This document shows, piece after piece, positions 10,128 through 18,957 of a stretch of DNA of 64,000 bases. The position numbers were made by a program, and so were the translations under genes. How positions within the stretch are numbered: position 1 is the first letter of the stretch; the number at the start of each line of letters is the position of its first letter. The notes beneath the pieces are model-generated. The model made no database searches and was not told the origin of the DNA. It saw only the letters and a list, made by a program, of their open reading frames with translations. The stretch is from Candidatus Woesebacteria bacterium RIFCSPLOWO2_01_FULL_39_61 (GTDB lineage: Bacteria; Patescibacteriota; Microgenomatia; UBA8517). The stretch lies in contig MGHI01000026.1 in assembly GCA_001793155.1 (NCBI GenBank), forward strand, positions 271-64,270. Reading direction: 5' to 3'.

Positions 10128-11270
10128 TCAGTTATTTGAAATGTTCTCAAGAGATACTTGAGCCTTTTTAAAATATTTGTTGTAGGCTAGAGCTTGCTCA
10201 AATTCATTTTTTGCCAAATCTTTTTTCCCTTGATCTAAATATATTTCTCCTCTTATTTGGTAAAGTTCGGAATAAGCTCTGTTTCCATTTTCCAAAACTT
10301 TTGCGATAATCGTAAATACTCGATCGTATTTTCCCAGCTTTTGATAAGATTGAATAGGTTCTATCTGGTACCAAAGCATCCGTTTTGGCAGACGATCTTC
10401 AACCTTTTCAAAAGCTGTGACTGAATTTTGGTAATCCTCAAGGTGATAGTAAGCAGTGGACATATTAAACCAGGGATAAACACTATCTTGGGAAAGTTGA
10501 CTTTCCCTTTCAGCTCGCTCTAGTGCATTCTCCCAAGCAACTTTTTCATCTATCTCTGAACCTAATATTGCTTCGACTAAACTTTCCTGTTCCTGCTTAT
10601 AAACAATGATGTAAGCATAATTAAAAGGTTGCCAGAGCGATAAAAAGTCATAATATGAAAATTTCATATTAGGTCCTTCGTAGGAATCATCTTGAATAAT
10701 TACTTTCTTTGATTCATCAAATCCTCTCACAATCCTGAAATGTCCTATATCCTCATTAACGTGCAGCCAGGTTTTTACTACAACAGGAATTCCATTGGTG
10801 GTAAATTTTTTCAGAAGTTCTATATCCCCGTTAACCCGTCCAGTTGCTTCAAACCCATATTCTTTCACCCAGTCCACAAATTCGTAAGTGAAAATCGTCT
10901 TATCGTCATTGTCTCCTTTTTGGTTTTGGTAAGGCCGCATTTTATCTGCCAGCTCGGATTGTGAAACGTTTCTTCCGTACCAGCCTAAAACCATCGATAA
11001 AGTCGCCGGTCCGCAGTTATTGAAAGTCTGATAGATATGACGGGGATTAGTTACAAGCGCCGAATTTCCCGGTTTTTTTATTCCAGCTGAGCTTTGAGCG
11101 TTACCTGAATCCTGGAGTTCTCCAATAGTCGGAGTTATTTCTTTCCTGACATCCGTAACAAATTTTGTCTCAATAGCTGGACTCGGCCTGTTTGTCCAGA
11201 AAAATACGCCTCCAGTAATAAGGATTGCTGCGGCAACAGAAAATACTAATAATCTTTTCATCATCCCCAA
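10128..11270 (-). CDS. Membrane-anchored C39-like (papain-fold) peptidase domain protein with C-terminal TPR repeats
   Basis: NNCGPATLSMVL Cys motif plus downstream His. C-terminal helical repeats with the TPR-like pattern (…YYHLEDYQNSVTAF…YLDQGKKDLAKNEFEQALAYN). Confidence 0.5.
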   Translation of the reverse strand: MGMMKRLLVFSVAAAILITGGVFFWTNRPSPAIETKFVTDVRKEITPTIGELQDSGNAQSSAGIKKPGNSALVTNPRHIYQTFNNCGPATLSMVLGWYGRNVSQSELADKMRPYQNQKGDNDDKTIFTYEFVDWVKEYGFEATGRVNGDIELLKKFTTNGIPVVVKTWLHVNEDIGHFRIVRGFDESKKVIIQDDSYEGPNMKFSYYDFLSLWQPFNYAYIIVYKQEQESLVEAILGSEIDEKVAWENALERAERESQLSQDSVYPWFNMSTAYYHLEDYQNSVTAFEKVEDRLPKRMLWYQIEPIQSYQKLGKYDRVFTIIAKVLENGNRAYSELYQIRGEIYLDQGKKDLAKNEFEQALAYNKYFKKAQVSLENISNN

Positions 11271-11344
11271 ATTATACTTGAAGGTAACAAGTTCGCATCA
11301 TTTTCAGGAAAAATTCAGCTTAATTGGTTATTATTTATCCCACA

Positions 11345-11373
11345 AAAAAACTGGGGAGCTTGCACTCCCCAGC
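11345..11373 (-). terminator. Rho-independent terminator (minus strand)
   Basis: CTGGGGAG-CTTGCA-CTCCCCAG 8-bp stem preceded on the plus strand by A7 (= U7 on minus). Confidence 0.5.
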
Positions 11374-11472
11374 GTCAGATGTACTTGATTTAAGACTAGT
11401 TTCAGAATTCCCTAGTCCATAGGACTAGGGATGAATGAACCTGGGCTAGAAGCCTCGCCGAAGGCGTATCTT

Positions 11473-11508
11473 AAAAAAATGCCTCAGACCTCTGTGTCTG
11501 GGGAGGCT
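11473..11508 (-). terminator. Rho-independent terminator of the 11516..12058 gene (minus strand)
   Basis: GCCTCAGAC…GTCTGGGGAGGC imperfect stem adjacent to A7 on the plus strand. Confidence 0.5.
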
Positions 11509-11515
11509 TCACTTC

Positions 11516-12058
11516 TTATTCAACGATAAGCGTTCCGACCTGTCCCAGCTTTCTGTGTTGTCCTATTAAACAATAATATTCAAACTCTCCGAGTTTATTG
11601 GCGACAAAATCGATAGTTGTTGTTTCTCCTGCGTTTAACGTAGGACTTTTTACTCCCAATTCATCGATATTAAAATTGTGCATCGCGTCCATTGCTTTTA
11701 AATTTATCTTAACCGTTTGTCCTTTTTTAACACGGATTTCTTTAGGATTAAAGTAAAAACTACCCGCTTGCATTTCTATTGTCACAACCTTAGAGTCTGT
11801 CGAAGTTCCTTCAACCGGCTGACTGGTTGGTCGCGGTGTCGGAGTACTTGTCACAATCCTATTTTGAGTAGAGTTAGTACTTACTTCAGTTTGTGCAGGA
11901 AGAGTCTCTGGAGTTTTACTCCCCCTGCGACTTGCTAAAATTGCGCCGCCCACAAGGGCGACTGCCAAAATTAATCCTCCCACGAGCATCAAATAGGAAC
12001 TTTTATTAGATCCAACTTGTTCTTTCTTTTCGTCTTCTATCTTTTGCTCTTCTTCCAT
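11516..12058 (-). CDS. Membrane-anchored cupredoxin-like protein (track start 12067 is GTG; ATG 12058 has the RBS GGAGGGGGTGA)
   Basis: N-terminal TM helix. Thr/Pro-rich linker. C-terminal MHNFNI…YYCLIGQHRKLGQVG, consistent with H…C…H…Q type-1-copper-like ligands. Confidence 0.55.
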   Translation of the reverse strand: MEEEQKIEDEKKEQVGSNKSSYLMLVGGLILAVALVGGAILASRRGSKTPETLPAQTEVSTNSTQNRIVTSTPTPRPTSQPVEGTSTDSKVVTIEMQAGSFYFNPKEIRVKKGQTVKINLKAMDAMHNFNIDELGVKSPTLNAGETTTIDFVANKLGEFEYYCLIGQHRKLGQVGTLIVE

Positions 12059-12259
12059 GTACTTCACCCCCTCCAGTTAAGTAGCTCTTTTCAAGAGCAC
12101 TTAACTTAAATCACGTTAGATGCATTTCATGCTATCTAACTGTGATCCGCAAAGCTCGTCCAGGTATCATCTTAACTAAATTTTATGAGAAAAAGCTGAA
12201 AGCTATTGTAACATACAAGTTTTTTTCTTCTAAGAAGTCATTTCCAAAAATACTTAAGG

Positions 12260-13432
12260 CTACAATTTCTCGGGGTTAATTCGAAGGATTTTATCGTCTC
12301 CTGATTTTGGTATTCCGCGCCCGTCGCGATTACTGGTTGTTATATAAAGCATACCGTCCGAACCTATTATTACTTCCCTCAACCTTCCAAATTCTCCCTT
12401 AAAATGTGTTACTAATTTAGGGGAATTAATTGCATTCTCTACTTCATATAAGGCTTGCCCCCTTAGGCCTGCGAAATAAAAACTATCGTTCAGGTATGAA
12501 ATCCCTGCGGGAGCCCAGGTATCGGCACGACCCGATTCTATAATTGGAGCAATCATACCTTCTTTTGTTTGTTTACCTCGAATTTCCGGCCAGCCATAAT
12601 TTTTCCCAATTTCAATCTTGTTGAATTCATCGTTGCCAGTTTCGAATCCCGAAGGACCATGTTCGGTCTCCCATAAATTTCCGTCTTTATCCCAAACTAT
12701 TCCTTGGGGGTTTCTATGACCATATGTATAAGCCCGATTACCGAAAGGGTTCCCGGGTGCAGGCTTACCCTCGTCAGTTACGCGCAAAATTTTTCCGGCT
12801 AAAGAATTTTTGTCCTGGGCGTGAGACGGGTTTTGAGCATCACCTGTCGTAATATAGAGCATATTGTCCGGACCGAATTTAATTCTTCCCCCGTCATGAT
12901 TAGAGTTACCCGGAATTGCATCGACAATTATTTTTTCGTCACGCATACTATTACCGTCATAGGTATAGCGAACAACCCGATTTAAAGTGTTCCCCTCAGA
13001 TCCCGAATAAGTATAGTAAAGATAAACAAATTTGTTATCATGAAAGTCGGGATGAAGCGCAATTCCATGCAGTCCTCCTTCGCCAATTTGCTTTACAGCA
13101 GAAATTGTAATAACAGGATCGTCTTTTAATTCCCCGTTTTTTGAAATAAATCTAACTCTGCCTTTTCTTTCCGTAACCAGCATTCCACTTTCGGGTAAAA
13201 AGACAAGTCCCCAGGGAACTTCCAACCCTTGAGCAACAATACTAACAGCTGGGATATCGGCTTTTTCAGATGGGGTGTCTGAATTACTACCGTGTAATGG
13301 CAACTCACTTACAACATTTTCCTTTCCATCTGATTTTTCAACTTGCTTGGTGCTTCTGACATAAAAAAAGCCAACTATCAAAAGAAGAAATCCAGTTAAA
13401 ATAACAGGAAGAGTGAATCCTCGTCTTGTCAT
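12260..13432 (-). CDS. PQQ-dependent sugar dehydrogenase (soluble glucose/sorbosone dehydrogenase family beta-propeller)
   Basis: GLEVPWGLVFLPESGMLVTERKGRVR and repeated propeller blades. N-terminal signal anchor. Confidence 0.75.
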   Translation of the reverse strand: MTRRGFTLPVILTGFLLLIVGFFYVRSTKQVEKSDGKENVVSELPLHGSNSDTPSEKADIPAVSIVAQGLEVPWGLVFLPESGMLVTERKGRVRFISKNGELKDDPVITISAVKQIGEGGLHGIALHPDFHDNKFVYLYYTYSGSEGNTLNRVVRYTYDGNSMRDEKIIVDAIPGNSNHDGGRIKFGPDNMLYITTGDAQNPSHAQDKNSLAGKILRVTDEGKPAPGNPFGNRAYTYGHRNPQGIVWDKDGNLWETEHGPSGFETGNDEFNKIEIGKNYGWPEIRGKQTKEGMIAPIIESGRADTWAPAGISYLNDSFYFAGLRGQALYEVENAINSPKLVTHFKGEFGRLREVIIGSDGMLYITTSNRDGRGIPKSGDDKILRINPEKL

Positions 13433-13436
13433 CAGG

Positions 13437-13874
13437 TTAAGAGCGGTGTTTTTCCAATTTAATAATTATTGAAAGAAGTACAACTGAAAGGCTGACGGAG
13501 GTTAAACCAAACATAAAATAAATTGTTTGCAACCAAGAAATCTGACGGACAATATGCATTTCTGCAAAAATCCATATAAGTAATGTACAACCCGCTATGG
13601 CAGTCCATTGGATTGCGTTTGCGTCTTTTTTTGATAAAAGTATGGAGGCGATAAAATGCGTACTTCCAATTACGCTTACTAAAATAATTCCAGGTTCGAG
13701 ATAAGTTGGAAAGGGCGATTGCGGTAGCCAGTCAATGGGTATTCCAAGTCTGAATGTAGCAATAAGCCCAAGTCCCCCGACGATCGCGGAAAGCCCGACC
13801 AGAAATTCAAAAAAGGTAAGAAAATTATATGTGAATTTGTATAACTTCTTCACTATGACATTCTTCCCGTGCAA
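13437..13874 (-). CDS. Hypothetical polytopic membrane protein (start uncertain)
   Basis: Four predicted TM helices. The track start at 13874 is TTG inside repeat copy B. An in-frame GTG at 13848 or a later start is possible. Confidence 0.35.
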   Translation of the reverse strand: MHGKNVIVKKLYKFTYNFLTFFEFLVGLSAIVGGLGLIATFRLGIPIDWLPQSPFPTYLEPGIILVSVIGSTHFIASILLSKKDANAIQWTAIAGCTLLIWIFAEMHIVRQISWLQTIYFMFGLTSVSLSVVLLSIIIKLEKHRS

Positions 13875-13972
13875 ATAGCACGTGGTCTCCCTTCTAAAGA
13901 GAAAGACATATCAGAGTTCGTTTTATCTTCGGGCTATAAGCCCGGAGTTTTCTCGAAATCTGTTATAAATAG
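13853..13972 (+). repeat. Structured repeat element, copy B
   Basis: ATGACATTCTTCCCGTGC…GCACGTGG hairpin, GACATATCAGAGTTCG box, CGGGCT-ATA-AGCCCG hairpin + AGTTTTCTCGA. About 80% identical to copy A. Confidence 0.55.
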
Positions 13973-13991
13973 TGTATCATAAATCACATTT

Positions 13992-14405
13992 CTACTCTCT
14001 TATGGAGATCCTAAGTAAAAGTTCATCCAGACTCCTATAGAATTCTATCGATGGTCTTTCCCTATCAACTTTGTAGTTTTGAGTTAACTGATCAAAGAGT
14101 ACAGGTATTTGTTCTAAACTTTGGCTCCAATTCATGAGCTTGGTTTGAGCATACCTTCCACCAGGAATCGTCCAAGTTTGAAAACCTAAAAGTCCTGGAT
14201 TGTCGTCGGGAAAAAGAGAAACAGAAGACCAATATTCGAGACTCGGAGGCGATCCAAAAATTAACCCGTAAAACTTTCTTCCTTTTAAACCTGGCAATTT
14301 AGCTTCCAGTTTACTAAAAGCCTCGGTAGCTCCTGATGGACCGGTTTCCGATTTAATATACATAACCGGAATATCTTCCAAAACTTTTTCAACAATATTT
14401 ATCAT
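13992..14405 (-). CDS. GyrI-like small-molecule-binding domain protein
   Basis: About 137 aa. The pattern fits the AraC-effector-binding/GyrI-like fold (…GRKFYGLIFG…GGRYAQT…). Weak. Confidence 0.4.
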   Translation of the reverse strand: MINIVEKVLEDIPVMYIKSETGPSGATEAFSKLEAKLPGLKGRKFYGLIFGSPPSLEYWSSVSLFPDDNPGLLGFQTWTIPGGRYAQTKLMNWSQSLEQIPVLFDQLTQNYKVDRERPSIEFYRSLDELLLRISIRE

Positions 14406-14448
14406 TAGTTTTTTGAATTATGTTATTTCTTAATGATAATATCAACTT

Positions 14449-14721
14449 ATGGATAGAGTAGGAAGGCTGGAGGAAAAAATTGAGAAAATAGACGCCAGAA
14501 ATAAAAGGGTTGAAGCAGATAAAGATTGGGAGGTAAGTTATACAAGAAGAATTTTGCTTTTCGTTTTTACTTACATATCAATCGGGCTTTATTTAAACGC
14601 TATTCAAATTCCCAACCCATGGCTTAATGCGATTGTCCCCTCAATCGGATTTTTACTTTCAACCCTCACCCTTCCCTACTTCAAATCTATCTGGTTTAAG
14701 AAACGAAGCAAAAAGATTTAA
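14449..14721 (+). CDS. Hypothetical 2-TM membrane protein
   Basis: Charged N-terminal coiled segment followed by two TM helices. Confidence 0.35.
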   Translation: MDRVGRLEEKIEKIDARNKRVEADKDWEVSYTRRILLFVFTYISIGLYLNAIQIPNPWLNAIVPSIGFLLSTLTLPYFKSIWFKKRSKKI

Positions 14722-14730
14722 ATATAAGAT

Positions 14731-15195
14731 ATGAAAAAAATCTGGCTTTTTATTCCTTTAACTTTGATCGGAATCGCTGTCGTCTTCTTCTCGTCTAGTA
14801 ATAGCTCAACGCCAAAACCAAATCCCACACCCGAATTTCCGTCTTTCACTCCGACTCCTCAGAACGTTGATATCACTGCCAGTTTTGAAATATACACCTT
14901 GGGAACAAAGCGAATTTTCACCGATTCAAAATATCGCAACCTTTCGCAAGAGGTTTATATTTCGCAACCAAACCCCAGCCAAATCCACGTTAAAAAAATA
15001 GGTATCACCTGGGCGGACTTTTTTGCGACACTTCCTATGAAATTGGAAAGGAATTGTCTTACGACGGGAACGAGCCAGACTTTCTGTACTAACAATTCTC
15101 AAAAGCTGAAATTTTTTATTAATGAAAAAGAAGACCCAAATGCGTTGGATAAACAAATCAAAGACGGAGATAAGTTAAAAGTCGTTTATGAATAG
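14731..15195 (+). CDS. Hypothetical secreted protein
   Basis: N-terminal signal/TM. Pro/Thr-rich linker. Confidence 0.4.
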   Translation: MKKIWLFIPLTLIGIAVVFFSSSNSSTPKPNPTPEFPSFTPTPQNVDITASFEIYTLGTKRIFTDSKYRNLSQEVYISQPNPSQIHVKKIGITWADFFATLPMKLERNCLTTGTSQTFCTNNSQKLKFFINEKEDPNALDKQIKDGDKLKVVYE

Positions 15196-15240
15196 GGTCC
15201 TCGTCCGCCCGCCTCTGGCGGGAAGGAAAAGGTTTCTCAA
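15196..15240. repeat. Short hairpin repeat (CCCGCC-TCT-GGCGGG + AAGGAAAAGGTTTCTCAATCC), copy 1
   Basis: Related copy at 15893..15940 (CCCACC-TTTG-GTGGG + AAGAAAATGGGTTCTCAATG). Stem changes are compensatory. Confidence 0.45.
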
Positions 15241-15860
15241 TCCTTGTCAAACAATTCTTCAAATTTAAAATCTACAAATTTTCCGTTTTGCTCATCAAAC
15301 AACTTAGTTTCATTTTCTTTAAGCTTCAATACATTAAATCCTTTTTCTTTTGCAAAGTCTCCAACTTTTCTAATAAGCACTCCACTACAATATTTCGGGT
15401 TATTGACATGAACAATTACTATTGTTTGAGTCTCGGGGTATATCCCTTCAATAAAGTCAATTGCCATTCTGTCTTCGGTTTCGTAAAAGTAAGGAGCCAT
15501 AAGCATCGCTCCTGCACTGTCGGCCAAAACGACCGCGTCTTTTTTAAGAATATCAAAATTGAATTTCTTTTTTAAAAGTCCTTCTTTTAAGGGAACCGTA
15601 TCGCCACCACAAAGAAAGATTAGGTCATACATGTTCCAATCAACATCTTCTATTCCGTTTCCGATAATATCTACCGAATTCCCGAATTGGGGAACAATAT
15701 ATTGGTCATAATAATGGTCTGGTTTTGCCATTGTTACAAAACTAACTTTCTTCCCGATTCCAATCAGTTTATTAATGGCTCCTGTATATTCGTATAAGTA
15801 AGATTTTTTCCAACCATCGGGGTCGCGCTTGTTTAATCCCCCGCGAAAAAGCAATTTCAT
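15237..15860 (-). CDS. Peptidase S51 family (dipeptidase E-like)
   Basis: LCGGDT and ADSAGAMLM motifs typical of the S51 catalytic Ser region. Confidence 0.55.
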   Translation of the reverse strand: MKLLFRGGLNKRDPDGWKKSYLYEYTGAINKLIGIGKKVSFVTMAKPDHYYDQYIVPQFGNSVDIIGNGIEDVDWNMYDLIFLCGGDTVPLKEGLLKKKFNFDILKKDAVVLADSAGAMLMAPYFYETEDRMAIDFIEGIYPETQTIVIVHVNNPKYCSGVLIRKVGDFAKEKGFNVLKLKENETKLFDEQNGKFVDFKFEELFDKD

Positions 15861-15892
15861 AAATGAAGTATAACAATTTGAGAATAAATTCA

Positions 15893-15940
15893 GAAGTCGC
15901 GCTTACCCACCTTTGGTGGGAAGAAAATGGGTTCTCAATG
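15893..15940. repeat. Short hairpin repeat, copy 2
   Basis: See 15196..15240. The two copies flank the S51 peptidase gene. Confidence 0.45.
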
Positions 15941-15992
15941 TTTTTGTCCCGGAGCTAATTTGAAGACAAATCAGGACTTTAAATGAAAATGT

Positions 15993-16604
15993 ATGTTAAA
16001 TTGGCATATGTTTTTAATACCGGAAAGTTACTGGGAAATTAAAAAAACGAAAAATAAAGGAAGGGGTGCTTTTGCCAGGAAACCAATTGAGCAAGGAACA
16101 CTCATCGGTGATTACGTGGGCAAATTAGTTCATCTAAAAGATTTCGATTTCGATAAAGAAAAGAAAAAATTATACTTGATGTTTTACAACGATGAGTTGG
16201 GCATTTATCCCTATTTAAAAAAACCCGGCGTACACCTCATAAACCACTCATGCTTCCCCAATTGTTGGATAATAAGATATAAAGATCACACTATTATCTT
16301 TACTTTAAAAAATATCAAGAAGAAAGATGAGTTAACTATTTCATATCTGCTTCCTCCAAAAACAAATTGCAAACCTTGCCCTCACAAATGTTTCTGCAGA
16401 TGTAAAAATTGCACAGGGACGTTGCACTTAACCGAAAGTGACTACAAAAAATGGCAGGAGTTTCAGGATAAAGAAGACGACAAAAATAAGTCTAAAACAA
16501 AGAGGTTGGCAGACAAACTCAAACCTTTTAAAAAATACCCTAAATTTGTTTCCAAACGACTTATATCAAAGATCAAAGCGTTGCAGAAAGAAATGTATGG
16601 ATAG
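15993..16604 (+). CDS. SET-domain protein (putative lysine methyltransferase)
   Basis: NHSCFPNC. ELTISY (ELxxxY). Post-SET Cys cluster CFCRCKNC. N-terminal GRGAFA. Lys-rich C-terminal tail. Confidence 0.8.
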   Translation: MLNWHMFLIPESYWEIKKTKNKGRGAFARKPIEQGTLIGDYVGKLVHLKDFDFDKEKKKLYLMFYNDELGIYPYLKKPGVHLINHSCFPNCWIIRYKDHTIIFTLKNIKKKDELTISYLLPPKTNCKPCPHKCFCRCKNCTGTLHLTESDYKKWQEFQDKEDDKNKSKTKRLADKLKPFKKYPKFVSKRLISKIKALQKEMYG

Positions 16605-16628
16605 CGCCGGACACATTAAGAAAATAGG

Positions 16629-17699
16629 CTAACCAGAAGACAAATTATTCATAAAAAACTCAACAGTCTTTTGCATAGCTTGGTTAAATGTTATTCCGCT
16701 TAAGTTATGACCTCCCGCTGCATATTCATTCAACTCATGTCTAATGTTTGCCTGGTTAAGAATACTATTTAAATTTCTGCTGTACTCTATACTTACGACA
16801 TTGTCATCTTTGGAATGATTTAATTGAACAGCCCCGGTTACTCCATCAAGATAATTAGTTGCCGGAACCTGTTTCCAAAACCAATTATTCGGATCAAAAT
16901 TGCCATACATATCTCTTAGTTTTTGTCTTTCTTTGGCTCTTTCAGAATCGGAAGGAGGAGGTCGGTAACTCGTATCCTCTATCCTATACTCCTGCAGGTC
17001 GCTATAGGTGAAGCCGGCGCCAGCCCAAACAACAACAGCAGGAATTTTAAGATCAGCAACGAAGCTTCGCAGGACTATATTGCCTGCCATTGAATGCCCC
17101 CAAAGCCCGATGTTGTCCGGATTTACAAAATCCGAATTTCTTAAGGCAGAAACTGCATTGAGGGTATCAATTACATAATCTCCAGAGTAGTATCCTCCGC
17201 CAGGTTCTCCCTCGGAATTCCCGTGTCCTCTAAGGTCAATTTTAAAAATCACAAAACCATTCTTAGCAAGGTAGTCTACATAGGATGCGTAATTAACCTT
17301 CGTCTGGTAATTTTCGGGGGGGATATAGCCGTGGATAAAGACGACCGCAGGATAACCATCTTTTGGCATCTCACCGCGAGGTTTGGTCAGAAGCCCGTAG
17401 ACTTTGAACCCATCAGAATTATAACTTGTTAGAAAAGAAGTATAATTTGGGTTCTCTCTAACTTTTTGCATTTCGCCCAATGAACTTAAATACGTTTTAC
17501 TTCTAAGATAGGGAATTGTCATTTCCTGGAAGGCAAAAGGCGTAGGTGTTGGTTCTTTATTTACTTTAGAAATATTTTCTATAACCGGCTGTACAAACCG
17601 CTTATCAACATCTTTCTCCAAAAATAAATATCCTATCGCTAAAATAGCAAATATAACAATTAAAAATGTGACCGCAAACCCGCGGAAATTTTTTCTCAT
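16629..17699 (-). CDS. Membrane-anchored alpha/beta hydrolase (S9/dienelactone-hydrolase-like)
   Basis: GHSMAGN nucleophile elbow. Downstream Asp/His. N-terminal TM helix. Confidence 0.65.
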   Translation of the reverse strand: MRKNFRGFAVTFLIVIFAILAIGYLFLEKDVDKRFVQPVIENISKVNKEPTPTPFAFQEMTIPYLRSKTYLSSLGEMQKVRENPNYTSFLTSYNSDGFKVYGLLTKPRGEMPKDGYPAVVFIHGYIPPENYQTKVNYASYVDYLAKNGFVIFKIDLRGHGNSEGEPGGGYYSGDYVIDTLNAVSALRNSDFVNPDNIGLWGHSMAGNIVLRSFVADLKIPAVVVWAGAGFTYSDLQEYRIEDTSYRPPPSDSERAKERQKLRDMYGNFDPNNWFWKQVPATNYLDGVTGAVQLNHSKDDNVVSIEYSRNLNSILNQANIRHELNEYAAGGHNLSGITFNQAMQKTVEFFMNNLSSG

Positions 17700-17739
17700 G
17701 TAAAAATTCTACAGGATTTGAAGAAAGAATTGAAAAAAA

Positions 17740-18852
17740 TTATTTAAGATATTGATCAAAAAAGTCAACCGACCGACTAAGTGCTAGTGAAAGATTTTTT
17801 GAAAGGTTGTGATCGTCTCCCGTATATTCATAAAGTTCTACCGCTTTATTTACGTCTGTCATTTGTTTTTCCAGCGTTCTGGAAAACTCAATCGGAACTG
17901 AGGCATCCAAAGTACCATGATGAAGCTGCAAAGGACCGGAAATATCGGAAAGGTATGAATTTGCAGAAATTGAATTCCAAAATTGGGGATTTTGACTTGG
18001 GTCCCCGTATTTATCTACTAGCTCGCGTCTCCACCTACCTCTTTGGCTGTTTGTGCTAATAGTTGGTGTCGGACCAGATCTTCTTCGCCACCGCTCAATC
18101 AAATCGGGGTACGAGCCGACGACCCCCGCCCAAATTACTCCGGCTTTAATATCCTTTGTCGTAACCATGGACTTTAGCGTAATCGAACCGCCCATAGAAT
18201 GTCCCCACATACCTATTCGGTCGGCATCGACGATCAACCCCGAGCGATCAACGGGAGTCGAAGGGTTTTCAGGGTTCTTCAACCTTTTAATTGAAGAAAC
18301 TGCATTTAATACGTCAATTGTGTACGCGTTTGATCCGTAACCGCCGGTTGCATTCCCTTCGGAATTTCCGTGCCCGCGGTAGTCAGATTTAAATGTAGTA
18401 TAGCCTGCCAGAGCTAAAGCATCCTGATAAGCTATATATTTTTCTGTAGTCTTATAAATAGAAGGTGAAATATAACCGTGGTTAAAAATAATCACAGGCC
18501 AACCACCTTCTGGGCTTGTGCCATTTGGAACAGTTAAAAGGCCGTAAATTTTGAGGCCTTCAGATTTGTAAGAAGTAATGTACCTCTTATAATTTGATCC
18601 AGAAGAAAGCGTCTGCTCAACAAAAATATCACTTCCCGGATATTCTCCTTTACGAAGCGCTTCAATAGACAATGGGTGAATTTCTTCGTCCAATCCACCC
18701 TCGTCTTCCAAGTTGAGGGCTGGATTATCTGATGGCTGTTTTACGAGTTCAGAAACATTTTTGCCTTTGTTCAGGTAAATAAATATTCCAACTACAATGA
18801 GAACTACTGTTACGAGGAATAATAAGCGATTGTTAAAAAACACAAATTTCAT
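17740..18852 (-). CDS. Membrane-anchored alpha/beta hydrolase, paralogue of 16629..17699
   Basis: GHSMGGS elbow. Colinear similarity to the neighbour, for example YKTTEKYIAYQD vs YQTKVNYASYVD. Confidence 0.65.
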   Translation of the reverse strand: MKFVFFNNRLLFLVTVVLIVVGIFIYLNKGKNVSELVKQPSDNPALNLEDEGGLDEEIHPLSIEALRKGEYPGSDIFVEQTLSSGSNYKRYITSYKSEGLKIYGLLTVPNGTSPEGGWPVIIFNHGYISPSIYKTTEKYIAYQDALALAGYTTFKSDYRGHGNSEGNATGGYGSNAYTIDVLNAVSSIKRLKNPENPSTPVDRSGLIVDADRIGMWGHSMGGSITLKSMVTTKDIKAGVIWAGVVGSYPDLIERWRRRSGPTPTISTNSQRGRWRRELVDKYGDPSQNPQFWNSISANSYLSDISGPLQLHHGTLDASVPIEFSRTLEKQMTDVNKAVELYEYTGDDHNLSKNLSLALSRSVDFFDQYLK

Positions 18853-18957
18853 TATACCCGATAGGTATAATTTTAAAGATCTCTCCTGAGAAAATGCTGA
18901 AGATTAGTAGTTTTGCATTTGTCAAACAATTTTTCAGATACTATACTTCTAGCCTAA

